Shown here one piece after another: positions 59,401 through 64,000 of a stretch of 64,000 bases of DNA; the stretch's first letter is position 1, and each line of letters opens with the position of its first letter. The notes beneath the pieces were generated by a model. The model made no database searches and was not told where the DNA came from. It worked only from the letters and a program-made list of their open reading frames with translations. Made by a program: the position numbers and the translations under genes. The stretch spans positions 434,001 through 498,000 of the forward strand of contig NIVC01000227.1 in assembly GCA_002269645.1 (NCBI GenBank). The letters are read 5' to 3'. Origin of the DNA: Macrostomum lignano. Its lineage: Eukaryota.

Positions 59401-62400
59401 CAACCCTAGAATCGCCCTCAAAGCACCGCTAGAATCGCCCTCAAAGCACCCCTAGAATCGCCCTCAAAGCACCCCTAGAATTGCCTTTAAGGCACCCCTA
59501 GAATCGCCCTCAGAACTTATCAAGACAATTAGACAAATCACGCAATAATCCTACATCCGTTGCTATGCCATTGCCACCCGCCCCAATCCGCAGGTTGGCT
59601 ACTCGCCAGACTACATCTTCCTGCTGCGCAACCTGATGCGCATCAATCACGAGCAGGGACTCCAGTTCGCCCAGATGCTCGTGCAAGATGACGAGCCCCT
59701 AGCCGACATCAGCCAGATTGTCGACGTGTTCATGGAGCAGAATCTCGTCCAGCAGTGCACCAGCTTCCTGCTAGACGCTTTGAAGAACAATCGGCCTAGC
59801 GAGGGTCACCTGCAGACTCGCCTGCTGGAGATGAACCTCATGTCTGCGCCGCAGGTGGCCGACGCCATCCTTGGCAACCAGATGTTCTCGCACTACGACA
59901 AGGCGCACATTGCCAGCCTGTGCGAGAAGGCCGGCCTGCTGCAGCGGGCTCTGGAGCACTACACCGACCTCTACGACATCAAGCGGGCCGTGGTGCACAC
60001 GCACATGCTCAACCCGGAGTGGCTGGTCAACTATTTTGGCAATCTAAGCGTTGACGACTCGCTGGAATGCTTGAAGGCCATGCTGCAGGCCAATATTAGA
60101 CAGAACCTGCAGGTCTGTGCATGCTTGGCTCCAATACCGTCTCTTATCCCATTCTATCCCATCTCTCATCCCATTCTATCCCATCTCTCATCCCATTCTA
60201 TCCCATCTCTCATCCCATTCGACCCCAACTCTCATCCCATTCGACCCCAACTCTCACCCCATACTACCCCATCTCTCATCCCATTCGACCCCAACTCTGA
60301 ACCCATACTACCCCATCTCTCATCCGATTCTACCCCAACTCTCACTCCAAACTACCCCATCTCTCATCCCATTCTATCCTATCTACTCTCTACATTCTAC
60401 CCCATCTCTTTCCTCTCTTTACCGTATCTCTCCCCATTCTACACCATCTCCCGATCCTACCCTATCTCTCCCCATTCTACACCATCTCCCGATCCTACCC
60501 TATCTCTCCCCATTCTAGCCCATCTCTCATCTCACTTTACCTCATCTATCATCCTCCCCACCCTGTCTCTGTTTCCTTCCTTATCTGCGTTTAAGCTGTC
60601 CTATTTATACAATTCTACTTAAAGTAGTCAAATGCGGCTTATGTAGATGAACAGTAAACTGCGTTTCTTAGAAACACTTAAAAACTAACGTCTAAGAAAC
60701 TTGTCTGTAAGTAGTATCTATGGCTCCTTTTGCACATGTTTGTTAGGAAATTGAAGCCACTTTCTGCTTCTACCGAACCCCGCAGGTGTGCGTTCAAATC
60801 GCCTCGAAATATCACGAGCAGCTCGGAGCGGCCGCCCTTATTGAAATATTCGAACAGTTCAAAAGCTACGAAGGCCTGTTCTACTTCTTAGGCAGCATTG
60901 TGAACTTCAGCCAGGACCCGGAGGTGCACTTCAAGTACATCCAGGCCGCCTGCAAGACCTCCCAGTTCAAGGAGGTGGAGCGCATCGTTCGCGAGTCCAG
61001 CGTCTACGAGGCCGAGCGGGTGAAGAACTTCCTGAAGGAGGCCAAGCTGACCGACCAGCTGCCGCTCATCATCGTGTGCGACCGGTTCGACTTTGTGCAC
61101 GACCTGGTGCTCTACCTGTACCGCAACAGTCTGCAGAAGTACATTGAGATCTACGTGCAGAAGGTGCGCTTAAAAACTTTTTCAGTTTAAAGCAGGGGCA
61201 GTATGCACCTTTAAGCGACATTGTCACACAGCCAGGGAGAGGCACGCACAGGCACACAGTCACACAGGAGTGCACAGCGGCCCTAACTTTATTTATCGAT
61301 AGGCATGTACACTTCACTGTGCCTTGGGGGTTGCCTCTCAAGGGCGTTAATTAGCACGAGCAGAGCCAAGCCGAGATTCTATTTTAGCCGTAAAAATAAT
61401 GTGACTGCACTTTAAATCGAGCCTGGGCCGCTGGCACATCAGAGCGCTGCGCTGGCGTACTAAGATACCCCCCCCCAAATTGAGACTTATGGGTGAGATT
61501 CTGAGGATATGGATTGAGACTTCTGGATGAGATTTTGAGGATATGGATTGAGACTTCTGGATGAGATTCTGAGGATATGGATTGAGACTTCTGGATGAGA
61601 TTTTGAGGATATGGATTGAGACTTCTGGATGAGATTTTGAGGATATGGATTGAGACTTCTGGATGAGATTTTGAGGATATGGATTGAGACTTCTGGATGA
61701 GATTTTGAGGATATGGATTGAGACTTCTGGATGAGATTTTGAGGATATGGATTGAGACTTCTGGGTGAAATTTTGAGGATATGGATTGAGACTTCTGGGT
61801 GAGATTCTGAGGATATGGATTGGGACTTCTGGGTGAGATTTTGAGGATATATGGATTGAGACTTCTGGGTGAGATTCTGAGGATATGGATTGAGACTTCT
61901 GGGTGAGATTTTGAGGATATATGGATTGAGACTTCTGGGTGAGATTCTGAGGATATGGATTGAGACTTCTGGGTGAGATTTTGAGGATATATGGATTGAG
62001 ACTTCTGGGTGAGATTTTGAGGATATATGGATTGAGACTTCTGGGTGAGATTCTGAGGATATGGATTGAGACTTCTGGGTGAGATTTTCAGGATATAGAT
62101 AGAAAAGAGAAGCGAGCTGAGCAAAGACACAAACTTGAGCAGGCCACATTGCCATTGTGGAGTTTCAAAGGACCCGAGGACCGGATAGAGAGGCTTCGCG
62201 GGCCGGTTTTTGCGGACCCCTGCTCTAAGGAGTGAAAAACTTCAAGCTTGCGTCACCAAATCTCTGCGCAAATCTTGCAGGTGAACCCTAGCCGTCTTCC
62301 AGTGGTTGTTGGCGGCCTATTGGACGTCGACTGCTCCGAAGACGTGATCAAGCAGCTCATCCAGGTGGTCCGTGGCCAGTTCTCAACTGACGAACTCGTT

Positions 62401-63551
62401 GCGGAAGTTGAGAAGCGGAACCGGCTCAAACTGCTGCTACCCTGGCTTGAGAATCGGGTGCACGAGGGCTCTGAGGAGCCGGCCACGCACAATGCCCTGG
62501 CCAAGATCTACATCGATGCTAATAACAACCCGGAGCGGTTCCTCAGGGAGAACCGGTTCTACGATTCCCGGGTGATCGGCAAGTACACGGAGAAGCGCGA
62601 CCCTCACCTGTCCTGCCTTGCCTATGAGCGGGGCCAGTGCGACGAAGACCTCATCCGGGTGTGCAACGAGAACTCCCTGTTCAAGTCCGAGGCCAGGTAC
62701 CTAGTTAAACGGAAGGACGAGACTCTGTGGGCTCAGGTGCTGCAGGAGGACAATCCTTATAGGCGACAACTGATTGATCAGGTGAGCGGTTTTGAAATCA
62801 CATTTTCAAGGATTTTGTAGGTAATCTGTAATCCGTTGAGTGAGATTTTAAAGAGATTTGTAATCTGTGTGGGTGAGATTCTGGGATTTGTAACCTGCCT
62901 GGGTGAGATTTAGAAGAGATGTGTAATCTGTTAGGTGAGATTATCAAGAAATTTTCAATCTTTTGGTAAGATTTTAAAGAGATCTCTAATCTGTTTGAGA
63001 CTGAAGAGATATGTAATCTGTTAGGTGAGATTTTGAAGAGATATGTAATCTGTTAGGTGAGATTTTGAAGAGATGTGTAATCAGTTCGGTGAGATTTTGA
63101 AGAGACTTCTAATCTGTTTGAGATTGTAAAGATATCTGTAATCTGTCTGAAATTTTGAAGAAATCTAGAAGGTGAGGTTAACCATGTTGCTCAAATCCCA
63201 ATCATTGCTCACAACCCGCAGGTGGTGCAGACCGCCCTGTCGGAGACCAACGACCCCGAGGAGATTTCCGTCGCCGTCAAATCCTTCATGGCCGCGGACC
63301 TTCCCAACGAGCTCATCGAACTGCTGGAGAAGATCGTGCTGGACAACACCGTGTTCTCGGACCATCGCAATCTGCAGAATCTGCTCATACTCACCGCCAT
63401 CAAGGCCGACACGACCCGGGTCATGGAGTACATCACCAAGCTGGAGAATTTCGACGCTCCAGAGATTGCTCAGATTGCCATCAGCAACCAGCTGTTCGAG
63501 GAGGCGTTCGCCGTGTTTAAGAAGTTCAGCGTCAACGAGAGCGCCATTAAG
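50461..63551 (+). CDS. CLTC: Clathrin heavy chain, 3'-partial, 9 coding exons in window
   Basis: Exons 50461-50502 ([14 protein letters not shown]), 55095-55483, 56192-56432, 57325-57658, 58425-58939, 59594-60112, 60786-61163, 62281-62781, 63222-63551; all GT-AG and phase-consistent. Terminal beta-propeller ([26 protein letters not shown]) and CHCR repeats. Confidence 0.97.
50780..51441. mobile_element. Non-autonomous Mutator (MULE)-like element, 662 bp, in CLTC intron 1
   Basis: ~130-bp TIRs starting GGCAGTGCTTATCCCC; 9-bp TSD AAATATTTA (50771-50779 and 51442-51450); internal ~69-bp tandem duplication in the left arm. Confidence 0.85.
53322..53769. mobile_element. Degenerate MITE with ~80-bp inverted arms
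   Basis: TGCATAGGCATGAAAGGTGAGCGAG... versus ...CTCGCTCACCTTTTATGCCTCTGCA. Confidence 0.65.
54076..55065. repeat. Homogeneous 55-bp satellite, 18 copies, ending 29 nt before CLTC exon 2
   Basis: Unit AACTCTACTGAGGTTAAGCAACCACCAGTTTGCTTATGTACTTCAATTCTATTGA; a single T/A variant in units 1, 4, 7, 17 and 18. Confidence 0.98.
55672..55990. repeat. Minisatellite ~33 bp (TTAGAAAGATTCCCCTCTAGTGATTCTCCATT), CLTC intron 2
   Basis: About 9 copies. Confidence 0.9.
56570..57210. repeat. Minisatellite 27 bp (GAGATTCCCCACTTTGATTCCCTCTCT), CLTC intron 3
   Basis: About 24 copies. Confidence 0.95.
57733..58205. repeat. Minisatellite 23-24 bp (CCCCTGACAATCTTGTTTATCCT), CLTC intron 4
   Basis: About 20 copies. 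Confidence 0.95.
58950..59512. repeat. Minisatellite 23 bp (CACCCCTAGAATCGCCCTCAAAG), CLTC intron 5
   Basis: About 24 copies, starting right after the donor. Confidence 0.95.
60135..60560. repeat. Degenerate minisatellite ~21 bp (CCCATCTCTCATCCCATTCTA), CLTC intron 6
   Basis: C/T-rich tandem array. Confidence 0.85.
61319..61434 (+). repeat. Dispersed ~110-bp repeat (SINE-like fragment), copy 2
   Basis: Homologous to 20667-20769. Confidence 0.65.
61492..62092. repeat. Minisatellite 34-36 bp (GAGGATATGGATTGAGACTTCTGGGTGAGATTTT), CLTC intron 7
   Basis: About 17 copies. Confidence 0.95.
62095..62222 (+). mobile_element. hAT/Charlie-like MITE (copy 4, 3' part)
   Basis: CACAAACTTGAGC...AGTTTCAAAGGACCCGAG...GGACCCCTG followed by CTCTAAGG. 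Confidence 0.75.
62815..63165. repeat. Degenerate minisatellite ~32 bp (GAGATTTTGAAGAGATATGTAATCTGTTAGGT), CLTC intron 8
   Basis: About 11 copies. Confidence 0.85.
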
Positions 63552-63577
63552 GTGAGCGCTACGGATATGAGACTTTA

Positions 63578-64000
63578 ATCCCTGGATTGGGTTCTTAAAT
63601 CTCCCAAATCCCTGGACTGGGATCTTAAATCTCCCAAATCTCTAGATTGGAATTTTAATCTATCAAATCCCTAGATTGGGATCTAAAGCCTCCCAAATCC
63701 CTAGATTGGGGTCTTGAATCTCCCAAATCCCTAGATTAGGATCTTGAATCTCCTAAATCCCTAGATTGGGATCTTAAATCTCCCAAATCCCAAGATTAGA
63801 ATCTTAAAAATCTCCCAAATCCCTAGATTGGAATCTTAAATCTCTCAAATCCCAAGATTAGAATATTGAATCTCCCAAATCTCTAGATTGGAAACTTAAA
63901 TCTCCCAAATCCCTAGAATGGAATCTTAAGTCTCCCAAATCCCTAGGATGGAATCCTAAATCTCCGAAATCCCTAGAATGGAATCTTAAATCTCCGAAAT
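63578..64000. repeat. Minisatellite ~30 bp (TCTCCCAAATCCCTAGATTGGGATCTTAAA), CLTC intron 9
   Basis: About 14 copies, running to the window end. Confidence 0.92.

Overview
Eukaryotic (animal) genomic DNA with GC3-rich exons, short AT-rich introns and long minisatellite-filled introns. The style resembles a free-living flatworm such as Macrostomum, but that assignment is inference only. From left to right: (1) the 3' part of an axonemal inner-arm dynein heavy chain (DNAH2-like, 16 exons, stop at 19735), whose introns hold an unexplained 175-aa ORF, a Ty3/Gypsy fragment and a hAT MITE; (2) a reconstructed 4-exon orphan gene on the minus strand that looks like a type I membrane protein; (3) TIMM21 on the minus strand, head-to-head with an intact two-exon DM9-repeat gene; (4) a nested transposon complex built on a Penelope-like element with degenerate hammerhead ribozymes; (5) an apparently intact Mab-21/cGAS-like (cGLR) nucleotidyltransferase gene, a truncated paralog and a truncated second DM9 gene, forming a candidate innate-immune cluster; (6) the 5' part of clathrin heavy chain, with a different tandem repeat in every intron. 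No rRNA, tRNA or CRISPR array was found. All coordinates, alignments and domain calls were made by eye, without searches.
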